A stretch of 64,000 nt of DNA from an uncultured Clostridia bacterium (lineage in GTDB: Bacteria > Bacillota > Clostridia > Christensenellales > CALVMC01): NCBI GenBank assembly GCA_944342015.1, contig CALVMC010000001.1, positions 249,241 to 313,240 on the forward strand. The letters run 5' to 3'. Below the pieces are notes generated by a model, which was given only the letters and a program-made list of their open reading frames with translations, had not been told where the DNA came from and did not search any database. The translations under genes were made by a program, and so were the position numbers. Positions 28,763 through 37,913 of the stretch are shown piece after piece. The number at the start of each line of letters is the position of its first letter. The first letter of the stretch is position 1.

Positions 28763-28995
28763 CTTTCCCTCCTTTTTATAAATAAATTCATAATCGAATA
28801 TTTGAAATAATTAATAAAAACAAAATAATCAATTAACGATTTTTTTATTATTAATTATCTATTATCGGCAACAATTATATTAAGTTAATTTGCGCAGAGA
28901 AAAATCGTAACTTTGGTATTTTTTTTGAACATTTTGTCAATTTAAAAATCAGATAAAAAATATGATTTTTTTTATTAATTTTTTTTTAAAAACGG

Positions 28996-29024
28996 TTGAC
29001 ATTTAAAAACGAATATTATATATT
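28996..29024 (+). promoter_or_regulatory. Strong sigma-A promoter of the tRNA operon
   Basis: TTGACA (28996-29001), 17-nt spacer, TATATT (29019-29024). About 27 nt upstream of the first tRNA. Confidence 0.6.
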
Positions 29025-29050
29025 ATATAAGTCACTGATATTCCAAAGAA

Positions 29051-29127
29051 CGGGGTGTAGCGCAGTTTGGTAGCGCACGTGGTTTGGGACCATGGGGCCG
29101 GGAGTTCGAGTCTCTTCACCCCGACCA
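29051..29127 (+). tRNA. tRNA-Pro (anticodon TGG)
   Basis: The cloverleaf folds by hand. Acceptor CGGGGTG/CACCCCG, anticodon loop TTTGGGA, T-arm GGAGTTCGAGTCTCT, encoded CCA. Confidence 0.9.
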
Positions 29128-29143
29128 AAACACAATCTCACTT

Positions 29144-29220
29144 GGGCCTTTAGCTCAGTTGGTCAGAGCGGTCGGCTCATAACCGATTGGTCCGCGGTTC
29201 GAGTCCGTGAAGGCCCACCA
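29144..29220 (+). tRNA. tRNA with CAT anticodon, most likely tRNA-Ile2 (lysidine-modified) rather than elongator Met
   Basis: Acceptor GGGCCTT/AAGGCCC, anticodon loop CTCATAA, encoded CCA. The overall sequence resembles the Bacillus tRNA-Ile(CAU) as I remember it. It is not an initiator, because there are no 3 G-C pairs in the anticodon stem. Confidence 0.75.
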
Positions 29221-29243
29221 AGTTAATACACCCGCTTATATAT

Positions 29244-29320
29244 GGTTCGGTAGTTCAGCTGGTTAGAACGCTAGCCTGTCACGCTAGAGGTCGAGGGTTC
29301 GAGTCCCTTCCGAATCGCCA
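29244..29320 (+). tRNA. tRNA-Asp (anticodon GTC)
   Basis: Acceptor GGTTCGG/CCGAATC, anticodon stem CTAGC/GCTAG with loop CTGTCAC, encoded CCA. Confidence 0.9.
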
Positions 29321-29325
29321 AATTT

Positions 29326-29401
29326 GCCTCGGTAGCTCAGTCGGTAGAGCAAAGGACTGAAAATCCTTGTGTCGATGGTTCGATTCCACCCCGAGGCACC
29401 A
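29326..29401 (+). tRNA. tRNA-Phe (anticodon GAA)
   Basis: Acceptor GCCTCGG/CCGAGGC, anticodon stem AAGGA/TCCTT with loop CTGAAAA, encoded CCA. Confidence 0.9.
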
Positions 29402-29413
29402 TCTGAGTTTTAA

Positions 29414-29489
29414 GCTGGTGTAGCTCAACTGGCAGAGCAGCTGATTTGTAATCAGCAGGTTGTAGGTTCGATTCCCATCACCAGCTCCA
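29414..29489 (+). tRNA. tRNA-Thr (anticodon TGT)
   Basis: Acceptor GCTGGTG/CACCAGC, anticodon stem GCTGA/TCAGC with loop TTTGTAA, encoded CCA. Confidence 0.9.
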
Positions 29490-29495
29490 TTAATT

Positions 29496-29580
29496 GGGAA
29501 GATTCCCGAGCGGCCAAAGGGAGCAGACTGTAAATCTGTTGTCACCGACTTCGATGGTTCGAATCCATCTCTTCCCACCA
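29496..29580 (+). tRNA. tRNA-Tyr (anticodon GTA), class II with long variable arm
   Basis: 85 nt. Acceptor GGGAAGA/TCTTCCC, anticodon loop CTGTAAA, long variable arm, encoded CCA. Confidence 0.9.
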
Positions 29581-29587
29581 AAAAATA

Positions 29588-29612
29588 ACGGCACTTAAAG
29601 TGCCGTTTTTTA
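29588..29612 (+). terminator. Rho-independent terminator of the tRNA operon
   Basis: ACGGCAC-TTAAA-GTGCCGT followed by TTTTTT. Confidence 0.8.
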
Positions 29613-29889
29613 TTAATTAATTTTAAATCTTAAAATTAATTAATTTAATTATTTTATAGGTTTTTTTATTTATTTAATCTATTATTATTTTAAATAAAAT
29701 ATATAAAAAATATTTATATTCTTTTATCTGATATATTCTTATTATATAAAGTTTAAATAATAATCAATATAGAAAACAACATCTAAAATTTATTTTAAAA
29801 TTTTAAAAAGTATTTAATATAAAAATTATTACAATTGAAAGTATTAACAATTGAATATTTAACGCAAAAGAATTTATTAAAGTTAAAAG

Positions 29890-30507
29890 TTACCTTATTG
29901 AAAACTCACATCCGCAATAATTTTGTCTGTAAATATTCAATTCTTTACATTTGTTTATGCTGTTTAAATAACCGTTCTCTTTTTTAAAATCGGAAAACAA
30001 ATAATTAATGCCGTATTTATTTGCCAAATCCTCTCCCGTTTTATTTATAAAGTCCGCATTTTTTAACGGACCGGAAGTCAAAGTAGTGCAAAAATAATCG
30101 TATTTTTTTTCTTTCGCATTTTTTGCACATTCTTCCATTCTTAAAGCAATGCAAATGTTGCATCTTTCCCCTCTTTCTTTCTCTTGTTCAAAACCTTTTA
30201 CTTTGTCATAAAATTCTGAGGGATCATATTCAGCTATAATAATATTCGAATTTAATTTAAGCTTTTCTTTAAGCGCATAAATATTATCGAGTCTTTTTTC
30301 GTATTCGCTTTGTGGATAAATGTTAGGATTAAAATAAAAAATATCTATTTTAAATGATTTTAATATACTTTCCGGAACAGCAAGAAAACACGGCGCACAG
30401 CAACAATGTAATAAAAGCTTTGGGTTAGTATTATTTTTCTTAACCTTTTCGATTTCTTCTTTCATTAAATTTAAATAGTTTTTCGACATGAAATTATTAT
30501 ACAACAT
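29890..30507 (-). CDS. queH: Epoxyqueuosine reductase QueH (DUF208)
   Basis: 205 aa. LLLHCCCAPC, FYFNPNIYP..EY..R, CNICIALR, TTLTSGPLKN and a C-terminal YCGCEFS are the hallmark QueH motifs. Confidence 0.9.
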   Translation of the reverse strand: MLYNNFMSKNYLNLMKEEIEKVKKNNTNPKLLLHCCCAPCFLAVPESILKSFKIDIFYFNPNIYPQSEYEKRLDNIYALKEKLKLNSNIIIAEYDPSEFYDKVKGFEQEKERGERCNICIALRMEECAKNAKEKKYDYFCTTLTSGPLKNADFINKTGEDLANKYGINYLFSDFKKENGYLNSINKCKELNIYRQNYCGCEFSIR

Positions 30508-30670
30508 ATTTTTTATTTATAACAAGTGTTATTGAAAAATTTATACAAGTATTATAAATTACTTGTTAAAATATAAATATCTTTTTTTGAATATCGTCTA
30601 TAATTATTATAAATATTTAATACTTTACAAATTATAATAAAAATGTTAAAATATTTTGTAAGGTGAAATT

Positions 30671-33283
30671 ATGAAAAAAATATTAACAAAAACGATATTT
30701 TTCGTTTTAGTTTTTACTCTTATTATCAGTTCGGTAGTTTTTTTATCTTCCTGCTCTAACAAGGACGAAACTCCTTATGTCGTTTCGGCTCAGATTTCTT
30801 CCCTGCCCACAAAATCAACTTATATTCAAGACGAAGCTTTAAATTTATCGGGCGCCGTTCTTATTTTAACTTATAGTGACGGCTCAACCTCCGAATACTC
30901 CTTTTCGGAAACTGATGTTTCTGATTTCAGCAGCGCAGAAGTCGGAAATTTCGAAATGACACTTACATACACTGCCCCCGATAATCCCGCAACAGATAAG
31001 CCTTATGTTTTTTCCGTCAAATTCCCCTATACCGTTACCGAAAAATTTATAGTCTCTATGTCAGTTAATAAACCGTCAAAAACAGAATATTTGCTTGGCG
31101 AAACACTCGATTTAAGCGGTCTTTCCGCTACTTTTACTTACAATAATAATTTAACTGAAAGAATCGATGCAAACGATCTCGAATGTTTTCTAGGCGACAG
31201 CAATCTTAAAGTTAATAACGGCACCTTGCTGAATTTCGGAGACAGCTTTATTACGGTTAAACATAAAACTTTAAACTTTTCAGCTACTTTCGATATTTTA
31301 GTTTATAAAACATTTTCAATCGAAAGCGATTTGCTTACAAAAAACGCTAATTTATTAAGTGACAATAAATCTGTTGAAGAGTTAAATAATAATCTTTATA
31401 TTCCCATTGAATACGATGATTTTATGGAAACTACTTTAATTTCCGAATTAAGCATAGGCTCAACTATATATTTTGCCAATTACCAGAATTTCGTTTATAA
31501 ATACAGTAATGATATTTCCGTTAATTTCAATGCTTTTAAAACCGACGGCAGTATGTTGAAAATTTCCACTTTGGCTCTTTACTGTGAATATGTCAAAGCC
31601 TTGTGCGAAGCAAATGACTCATCAAGGCCGCCGGAAACAATAACAGTTAAAATAATTTCCGACACAAACGACAATAATTTCGGAAAACTTGCTTATTACT
31701 TAACATTTCAAAATAATACCGCTTTCAATATGGATAATGTCGAGTATGACTCTTCGGCGCCTGTCGGTGTTTTAAGCGGAAATTATGTATATGCCGAAAA
31801 AAACAATACTTTTACCAACAGCCGTATAAATATCGGAAGCGGTTTTGGAATTAATCTTAAAGTCTTTAATAAAAATACCGAGGCTATGGAAAATACCGAT
31901 AGCGATTATTTTTCCGACTATATTTTTATACAGGCAACCAATCGTGCAGATAAAGAATTTTTCTATGAAAGAAAATCTTTTAATTTAGATAATGAATCAT
32001 ACAGTTTGGAATTTTATAATTATAAATCGTCCGATAAACACTCTCTTCTTCCTTTATCGCAAAAAGATACACACTACTTATATTTTCCCGATATAGGCTT
32101 AATTACATTAACCATAAATTACATAGAAGCCCTTGTCACGGATGTTGATTTAACCGAAAACGGAACTCCCTACACTTTCAAATTAGGAAACTTTGAAAAT
32201 CCTTCCGCATTCGATGTAACAGTAACACTTAACACAAATTTAAGACTGTCTACGGGAAAATATACGAATAGCATAACATTAATTAAAGAAGAATGTACAA
32301 TCACAAGTACGGGACTTTTTGAAGACGATTTGAACTTTAAATTTAATTTAGGAGCTGTCGGAAGTTCTCAATACTATTCATATTCAGTAAACATAAAAAA
32401 TGTTATGACTGAAAGCATTACAGACGAATATAATAATTCGTTAAACGTATCGGAAAATTACTTGACGAATTTTATCTCTCCTGAAAATAAAAGTAATTTT
32501 TATTTTATTACCTATTTGAATAGCAGCAATTTTAATGTAATTTTAAATAACGGTACCGAATCTTTTACATATGAATTATCGGACACTGAAAATATTATAT
32601 TTGAAAATAATTTGCTTTATATTTCAAAAAATATCTTAAACGCAAATTATCTGATTTATGTTAATTATTTAAACGATGAATTAACCAGTGAAAAACTTGT
32701 TGCTTATACTTCTTCGGGAACATTAACATTGCTTTATACTTTCGTTGCCGATTTAAACGAAACACAAATAAATAACTTTGCAGGAATAAAGCTTAGCGAA
32801 ACTGATTTTTCCGACACAAGTAAGTCAAATTTATTGTTTAACGGAAACAATTATGAATATAACTTATATTTAATTTCTGACGGAAAATTACTTGTTTCCC
32901 AATCTGCTTTAACCGCAAATGCCGATAATAAAAAAACTTATATACAAATAAAAGACAATGAAAATAATTATTACGATTTAGCATTTTACGATTCATCTAC
33001 ATATAGAATTAATTTAACTTCTATGTTTGTAAAGGTATTGATAAATGCTAAAATTTCAAGCATAAATCTGACAGGAAAATCACAGTACGAAAGTATTAAC
33101 AATTTTTATGATTACGAATATTCGGAAGATAAAGATTTCACTCAAAACGCTTGGTATATCGATAAAAACAATAATCTTTACATAAATGTATTTTTAATTA
33201 AAGATTATATCAAACAAACCGACGGAGTAAATACTTTTACCGCCAAAATAAACGATGAAACTTTCGTGTTTGTTTTAAACTGA
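30671..33283 (+). CDS. Large orphan lipoprotein with two N-terminal Big_3-like Ig domains and an uncharacterised 650-aa N/S/T/Y-rich region
   Basis: 870 aa. Signal peptide plus lipobox (FLSSC). Two repeats of the pattern K(S/T)xY..(D/G)E.L(N/D)LSG....TY with a following G..... module typical of Big_3. AGGTGA RBS. AT-rich flanks. Confidence 0.85.
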   Translation: MKKILTKTIFFVLVFTLIISSVVFLSSCSNKDETPYVVSAQISSLPTKSTYIQDEALNLSGAVLILTYSDGSTSEYSFSETDVSDFSSAEVGNFEMTLTYTAPDNPATDKPYVFSVKFPYTVTEKFIVSMSVNKPSKTEYLLGETLDLSGLSATFTYNNNLTERIDANDLECFLGDSNLKVNNGTLLNFGDSFITVKHKTLNFSATFDILVYKTFSIESDLLTKNANLLSDNKSVEELNNNLYIPIEYDDFMETTLISELSIGSTIYFANYQNFVYKYSNDISVNFNAFKTDGSMLKISTLALYCEYVKALCEANDSSRPPETITVKIISDTNDNNFGKLAYYLTFQNNTAFNMDNVEYDSSAPVGVLSGNYVYAEKNNTFTNSRINIGSGFGINLKVFNKNTEAMENTDSDYFSDYIFIQATNRADKEFFYERKSFNLDNESYSLEFYNYKSSDKHSLLPLSQKDTHYLYFPDIGLITLTINYIEALVTDVDLTENGTPYTFKLGNFENPSAFDVTVTLNTNLRLSTGKYTNSITLIKEECTITSTGLFEDDLNFKFNLGAVGSSQYYSYSVNIKNVMTESITDEYNNSLNVSENYLTNFISPENKSNFYFITYLNSSNFNVILNNGTESFTYELSDTENIIFENNLLYISKNILNANYLIYVNYLNDELTSEKLVAYTSSGTLTLLYTFVADLNETQINNFAGIKLSETDFSDTSKSNLLFNGNNYEYNLYLISDGKLLVSQSALTANADNKKTYIQIKDNENNYYDLAFYDSSTYRINLTSMFVKVLINAKISSINLTGKSQYESINNFYDYEYSEDKDFTQNAWYIDKNNNLYINVFLIKDYIKQTDGVNTFTAKINDETFVFVLN

Positions 33284-33371
33284 TTTATTTAAAATATAAA
33301 AAAAATTTAAATCTAGGCTTTAAATTTAAATAAATTTGATACATTTTCCTAACCATACTTTATAATTATAT

Positions 33372-33400
33372 AAAAAAAGCGACGCTCATTAGCGTCGCTT
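33372..33400 (-). terminator. Rho-independent terminator after rny (shared by the convergent lipoprotein gene)
   Basis: GCGACGC-TCATTA-GCGTCGC with an A7 run on the plus side, which is a U-run on the minus strand. 6 nt after the rny stop. Confidence 0.8.
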
Positions 33401-33405
33401 TAAGT

Positions 33406-35004
33406 TTACTTTGCATATTCTACACTTCGAAATTCTCTAATTACATTTACTTTTATTTGTCCCGGATATTCAAGTTCGGATTCAAGTTTCTTAGCAATTT
33501 CTTTGGCCATAAATAATGTGGAGTTATCATCGACTACTTCGGGTTTGACCATTACTCTTATTTCTCTGCCCGCCTGTATTGCATAAGACTGCTCAACTCC
33601 CTTGAATGAATTTGCTATTGTTTCAAGTTTTTCAAGTCGTTTTACATAATTTTCAAGAGATTCTCTTCTTGCCCCCGGCCTTGCGCTGGATATTGCGTCA
33701 GCCGCCTGAACTATTACCGCTTCGATGGTTTCAGGTTGAACATCTCCGTGGTGAGCCTCTATTATATGAATAACTTCTTTGCTTTCTTTGTATTTTTTTG
33801 CAAGTTCTACTCCAAGCTGAATATGCGTTCCTTCTACATCATGGTCGACTGCTTTTCCTATATCGTGTAATAAACCGCCTCTTTTTGCTATTTTTATATC
33901 TGCACCGAGTTCGGCAGCCATTATACCTGATAGATAAGCTACTTCCAAAGAGTGGTTCAATACATTTTGTCCGTAACTCGTTCTGAATTTCAATCTGCCT
34001 AAGAGTCTTATTATTTCACCGTGCAATCCGTAAACCCCTGCATCGAACGCAGCGCTTTCTCCTGCTTCCTTTATTTGATTTTTAACTTCTAACTTGACTT
34101 TTTCAACCATTTCTTCAATACGAGCCGGATGAATTCTGCCGTCGGCTATAAGTTTTTCCAAGGTGATTTTCGCTACTTCTCTTCTCACAGGATCAAATGC
34201 AGAAAGTGTTACAACATCGGGCGTATCGTCGATAATTAAATCTACTCCGGTCGCATTTTCCAATGCACGAATGTTCCTTCCTACTCGACCGATTATTCTT
34301 CCTTTCATTTCATCGTTCGGAAGAGATACTACCGATACGGTTACATCGGATACATGATCCGCCGCACATCTTTGTATGGCTTGTCCGATTATATTTCTCG
34401 CACGCTTTTCAGCATCGTTTTTTGCGTTATTTTCGATTTCCCGTGCCATTGCCGAAGCATCGCTTTTAGCTTCTTCGAGCAATTCGTCCATAAGAATTTT
34501 TTTAGCTTCTTCTTTACTGAGTCCTGAAACTTTTTCAAGTTCTGCAAGCATTTTATTATGCGCTTGACTTACTTCTAAATTTAGTTTTTCAAGCTGTGCG
34601 TCTCTTTCGTCTAATTGCGATTTTATATTTTCAATCATTTCCTGACGCTTATCGAGAGACTGTTCTTTTTTGTCGAGATTATCTTCTCTTTGTATTAATC
34701 TGCTTTCAACTTTTTGAATTTCACTGCGCCTGTCTTTGATTTCCTTATCGAATTCGCTGCGCAATTTATGTTGTTCGTCTTTGGCTTCTAAAAGGGCTTC
34801 TTTTCTCATATTAGCCGCTTCGAGCCTTCCTTCTTCCAGTATCCTTGCTTTTTCTTTTTTTACATTGGTTATCTGGTTTTTGGCATAAAATTTATAGCCA
34901 AATATACCTATTAACAATCCGGCTACTGCCGTGGCTATTGCTATACCGGCAATGCCTCCGCCTCCGATTGCAGCAAGGAATACGGAAATTACCTGATTTA
35001 ACAT
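33406..35004 (-). CDS. rny: Ribonuclease Y
   Basis: 532 aa. N-terminal TM segment, coiled coil, KH domain ([12 protein letters not shown]), HD domain (LLHDIGKA). Confidence 0.95.
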   Translation of the reverse strand: MLNQVISVFLAAIGGGGIAGIAIATAVAGLLIGIFGYKFYAKNQITNVKKEKARILEEGRLEAANMRKEALLEAKDEQHKLRSEFDKEIKDRRSEIQKVESRLIQREDNLDKKEQSLDKRQEMIENIKSQLDERDAQLEKLNLEVSQAHNKMLAELEKVSGLSKEEAKKILMDELLEEAKSDASAMAREIENNAKNDAEKRARNIIGQAIQRCAADHVSDVTVSVVSLPNDEMKGRIIGRVGRNIRALENATGVDLIIDDTPDVVTLSAFDPVRREVAKITLEKLIADGRIHPARIEEMVEKVKLEVKNQIKEAGESAAFDAGVYGLHGEIIRLLGRLKFRTSYGQNVLNHSLEVAYLSGIMAAELGADIKIAKRGGLLHDIGKAVDHDVEGTHIQLGVELAKKYKESKEVIHIIEAHHGDVQPETIEAVIVQAADAISSARPGARRESLENYVKRLEKLETIANSFKGVEQSYAIQAGREIRVMVKPEVVDDNSTLFMAKEIAKKLESELEYPGQIKVNVIREFRSVEYAK

Positions 35005-35185
35005 TTCCTACCTCCTAATATTCAATTTTCAATTTGCGATTATATAATAAAATTATATAAATAAATCAAAAGATTTATTGTTTTAATTTTATCAAAATAC
35101 TATTTAATAGTCAATATAAACATTAAAATAAAAAATATTTTTGTTGTTTTTTATTGAAATTATTCTTATCTGCTTTTAATTTATT

Positions 35186-36184
35186 TTAATGCACTGTTTT
35201 TTCTTTTAAAGACGCAAGTATTTGTTCTTTAATTGTGTTTGCAATTTCAGGATTTTCTTCCAGATACTGAATAGCTTTATCCCTTCCTTGTCCTATTTTC
35301 TCATCTTTATAGCTTATCCAAGCACCGGATTTCTGTATTATATTATTGGCTATTGCAAGGTCTAAAATACAACCGATTGCAGATATACCTTTTCCGTATA
35401 AAATATCGAATTCGGCAGTTTTGAAAGGAGGAGCAAGTTTATTTTTAACGATTTTAACCTTAGTCCTGTTTCCTATAACTTCGGCGCCGTCTTTAACCGA
35501 ATCTGTTTTTCTTACATCCATTCTAACGCTTGCATAAAATTTTAAAGCCTTTCCACCGGGCGTTACTTCGGGATTTCCGAACATTACCCCGACTTTTTCA
35601 CGAAGCTGATTTATAAATACTACGCAAGTCTTTGATTTGTTTGTTATACCCGTTAACTTTCTTAAAGCCTGGGACATAAGTCTTGCTTGGGCGCCAACAT
35701 GATAATCTCCCATTTCGCCGTCGATTTCCGCACGGGGCGTTAATGCTGCAACAGAATCGATTACGACAATATCCACTGCGCCGCTTCTTACAAGCTGTTC
35801 GCAGATATCGAGAGCTTCCTCTCCGTTATCGGGCTGCGATACATATAAGTTATCTAAATCTACTCCGAGTTTTGTAGCATAAACCGGATCCAAGGCGTGT
35901 TCGGCGTCAATAAACGCCGCTGTACCTCCCGCTTTTTGGGCTTCTGCTATAACATGCAAGGAAACCGTAGTTTTACCCGAAGATTCAGGTCCGTATATCT
36001 CGACAATTCTTCCTCTGGGAAGACCGCCTATTCCGAGCGCAACATCGAGAGCAAGGCAACCGGTGGATATTGTATCTATGGGCACACACATATCGTCGCC
36101 GAGCTTCATTATAGCACCTTTACCGTATTGTTTTTCAATAAGTCCTAATACTTCGTTAAGAGCTTTCTTTTTCTGTTCGTCCAT
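35186..36184 (-). CDS. recA: Recombinase RecA
   Basis: 332 aa. Walker [29 protein letters not shown] and the L1/L2 loops are conserved. Confidence 0.98.
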   Translation of the reverse strand: MDEQKKKALNEVLGLIEKQYGKGAIMKLGDDMCVPIDTISTGCLALDVALGIGGLPRGRIVEIYGPESSGKTTVSLHVIAEAQKAGGTAAFIDAEHALDPVYATKLGVDLDNLYVSQPDNGEEALDICEQLVRSGAVDIVVIDSVAALTPRAEIDGEMGDYHVGAQARLMSQALRKLTGITNKSKTCVVFINQLREKVGVMFGNPEVTPGGKALKFYASVRMDVRKTDSVKDGAEVIGNRTKVKIVKNKLAPPFKTAEFDILYGKGISAIGCILDLAIANNIIQKSGAWISYKDEKIGQGRDKAIQYLEENPEIANTIKEQILASLKEKTVH

Positions 36185-36293
36185 AATTTCTCCTTATTTT
36201 TCTATTTCAATTTAACATAATTTATCTCTTCGATTTTACATAATTTTCGACTTTATTAAATTTTTTAATTTCTATTAAACTTTATATAATTTG

Positions 36294-36980
36294 CTATAAA
36301 TTATTTTTTAAATATCTGTAAAGATAAAACAATGCAGCATTTGCCGATTTTTCTCTTATCTCTTCTCTTGAACCTTTAAATATATTTTTTTCAGTAAAAA
36401 TTTCATCCTGTGTTCCGACAGAAATATAGACAAGTCCGACAGGTTTTGTTTCACTTCCGCCGCCGGGTCCAGCAATTCCCGTAGTAGAAACAGCAACAGA
36501 TATATTTTTATTTTCCAGCAAGCCTTTAACCATAGCTTCGCTAACACGGGCGCTTACCGCACCGTACTGTTCTATATCGCTTAGCGGAACATGCAATCTG
36601 CGAAGTTTGGAACGATTATCGTATGCGACAATTCCTTCGTATAAAAATGCAGACGCTCCCGGAAATTCTATTAGCTTCGATGTGACAAGACCCCCGGTTA
36701 AACTTTCGGCAACCGCAAGAGTCATTTCGGATTCGGCTAACATACGAACCAACGCATATTGTATAGGAACATCAGCTTGCGCATAAATATTATCGTTAAA
36801 GTTTCCGTACATTTCTCTTAGAACTGTTTCAGCTTTTTCTCCGTTATCGCACTTTATGTTTACGGTTGCGTCAAGATTTCGTTCCGTGACCTGTACGGCA
36901 AGTCCTCTGGTAAAACCTGTTAATATTTCAAGTATATTTTTTCTTTCATATCCGAATATTTTAAAAATTAAATCTGCCAT
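36294..36980 (-). CDS. cinA: CinA-family protein lacking the N-terminal MoCF-binding domain (PncC-type nicotinamide-nucleotide amidohydrolase domain)
   Basis: 228 aa. LAVAESLTGGL, GAVS..VA..M and STTGIAGPGGG..KPVGLVYI are PncC/CinA C-terminal motifs. pgsA-cinA-recA synteny. Confidence 0.85.
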   Translation of the reverse strand: MADLIFKIFGYERKNILEILTGFTRGLAVQVTERNLDATVNIKCDNGEKAETVLREMYGNFNDNIYAQADVPIQYALVRMLAESEMTLAVAESLTGGLVTSKLIEFPGASAFLYEGIVAYDNRSKLRRLHVPLSDIEQYGAVSARVSEAMVKGLLENKNISVAVSTTGIAGPGGGSETKPVGLVYISVGTQDEIFTEKNIFKGSREEIREKSANAALFYLYRYLKNNL

Positions 36981-37100
36981 TTTTCCCCCGTTATAATTTT
37001 AATTAATCTATTCTTTGTTTAATATTTTTTCTTTAATAAATCGATTTTTTTATTTTTCGATTTAAAATTTATAAAACTTTTATGATTATTTTTTTTGATT

Positions 37101-37913
37101 TTATTTGTTATTCTCTATAACTTTATTATTTTCGGAATTATCGGCATTTTCAGTATCGACTTTTTCCGTAGCGCAATTTTCCGTAAACCTGACAGCTTTA
37201 TCCTTAAATTTTTCTTTACCTTTCGAAACTTTATTTTTATCCGATTCTTTTTCTTCCGGTTTATTTTCTTTTGATATACTTTCATTATCTTTGCTTATTT
37301 CTGTTTCATTGACTTCCGATTTATTTTGAGATTCATTTTTAACAGAAACAGTCTTGCCGTTTTTCAGTATTTCCTTATTTGAAAGAACATAATTAAATGC
37401 AGAAATGACGGTTAAAATAAATGCTACGATAAATAATGCGAAACCTGCATAAAAGAAGAAATACACCTTGCCGAAAGGATACTCGCCAAGCATTAAAAGC
37501 GGTATGGCTATTAATGTTACGACTGTTTTTGCCTTCCCTAAGTTGTCTGCCGCAAGAACACAGTTTTTTGTTGCCGCTACCTGTCTGAATACGCTGATAA
37601 TAAGTTCACGGGAAATAATCAGTGCGCTCATTACCGCAAAAGCTATCTGAAAATCACTGTCGATTTTTATACATAGTAATACCAATGCGAATACGACAAG
37701 CATTTTATCTGCAATGGGATCAAGAAATTTACCGAGATTAGTCACCATATTATTCTTACGAGCAAGATAGCCGTCGATAAAATCAGTACAAGAAGCGATT
37801 ATAAAAATTACGGTAGCAAAAATATCAAAATAAATAATATCAATAAGATACAAAACTACAAAGATAGGAATCAAACATATTCTTGCAACTGTAATTTTTG
37901 TCGGTAAATTCAT
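37101..37913 (-). CDS. pgsA: CDP-diacylglycerol--glycerol-3-phosphate 3-phosphatidyltransferase with an 87-aa hydrophilic C-terminal tail
   Basis: 270 aa. CDP-alcohol phosphotransferase motif DGYLARKNNMVTNLGKFLDPIADK. The tail after the last TM segment is rich in K, E, N and S. Confidence 0.9.
   Translation of the reverse strand: MNLPTKITVARICLIPIFVVLYLIDIIYFDIFATVIFIIASCTDFIDGYLARKNNMVTNLGKFLDPIADKMLVVFALVLLCIKIDSDFQIAFAVMSALIISRELIISVFRQVAATKNCVLAADNLGKAKTVVTLIAIPLLMLGEYPFGKVYFFFYAGFALFIVAFILTVISAFNYVLSNKEILKNGKTVSVKNESQNKSEVNETEISKDNESISKENKPEEKESDKNKVSKGKEKFKDKAVRFTENCATEKVDTENADNSENNKVIENNK

Noticed and set aside
28763-28995. Looked for Spo0A boxes (TGTCGAA) and a sigma-H promoter (RWAGGA...GAAT) upstream of spoIIAA
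   Set aside because: I found only 2-mismatch 0A-like heptamers (TGTCAAT, AATCGAA) and a lone GAAT with no AGGA-type -35 at the proper spacing. This is not enough to annotate.
29279-29581. 100-aa minus-strand ORF in the ORF track
   Set aside because: It lies entirely antisense to four well-folding tRNA genes (Asp, Phe, Thr, Tyr). Its open frame is explained by the GC-rich tRNA sequence, so it is spurious.
29613-29643. Perfect 14-bp inverted repeat TTAATTAATTTTAA-ATC-TTAAAATTAATTAA just after the tRNA terminator
   Set aside because: It consists only of A and T inside a long pure-A/T spacer. A rough estimate (2^-14 per position, over several kb of A/T-only spacer and several loop sizes) gives an expectation of about one or more by chance. 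As RNA it would be a very weak hairpin.
30508-30670. preQ1 riboswitch upstream of queH (also checked upstream of tgt at 61476-61586 and queA at 62622-62770)
   Set aside because: There is no CCC...TAAAAAACTA(A/G)-type preQ1-I core or plausible pseudoknot in any of these spacers. The ATATCGA-N6-TCGATAT hairpin at about 62636-62655 is short and has no recognisable class.
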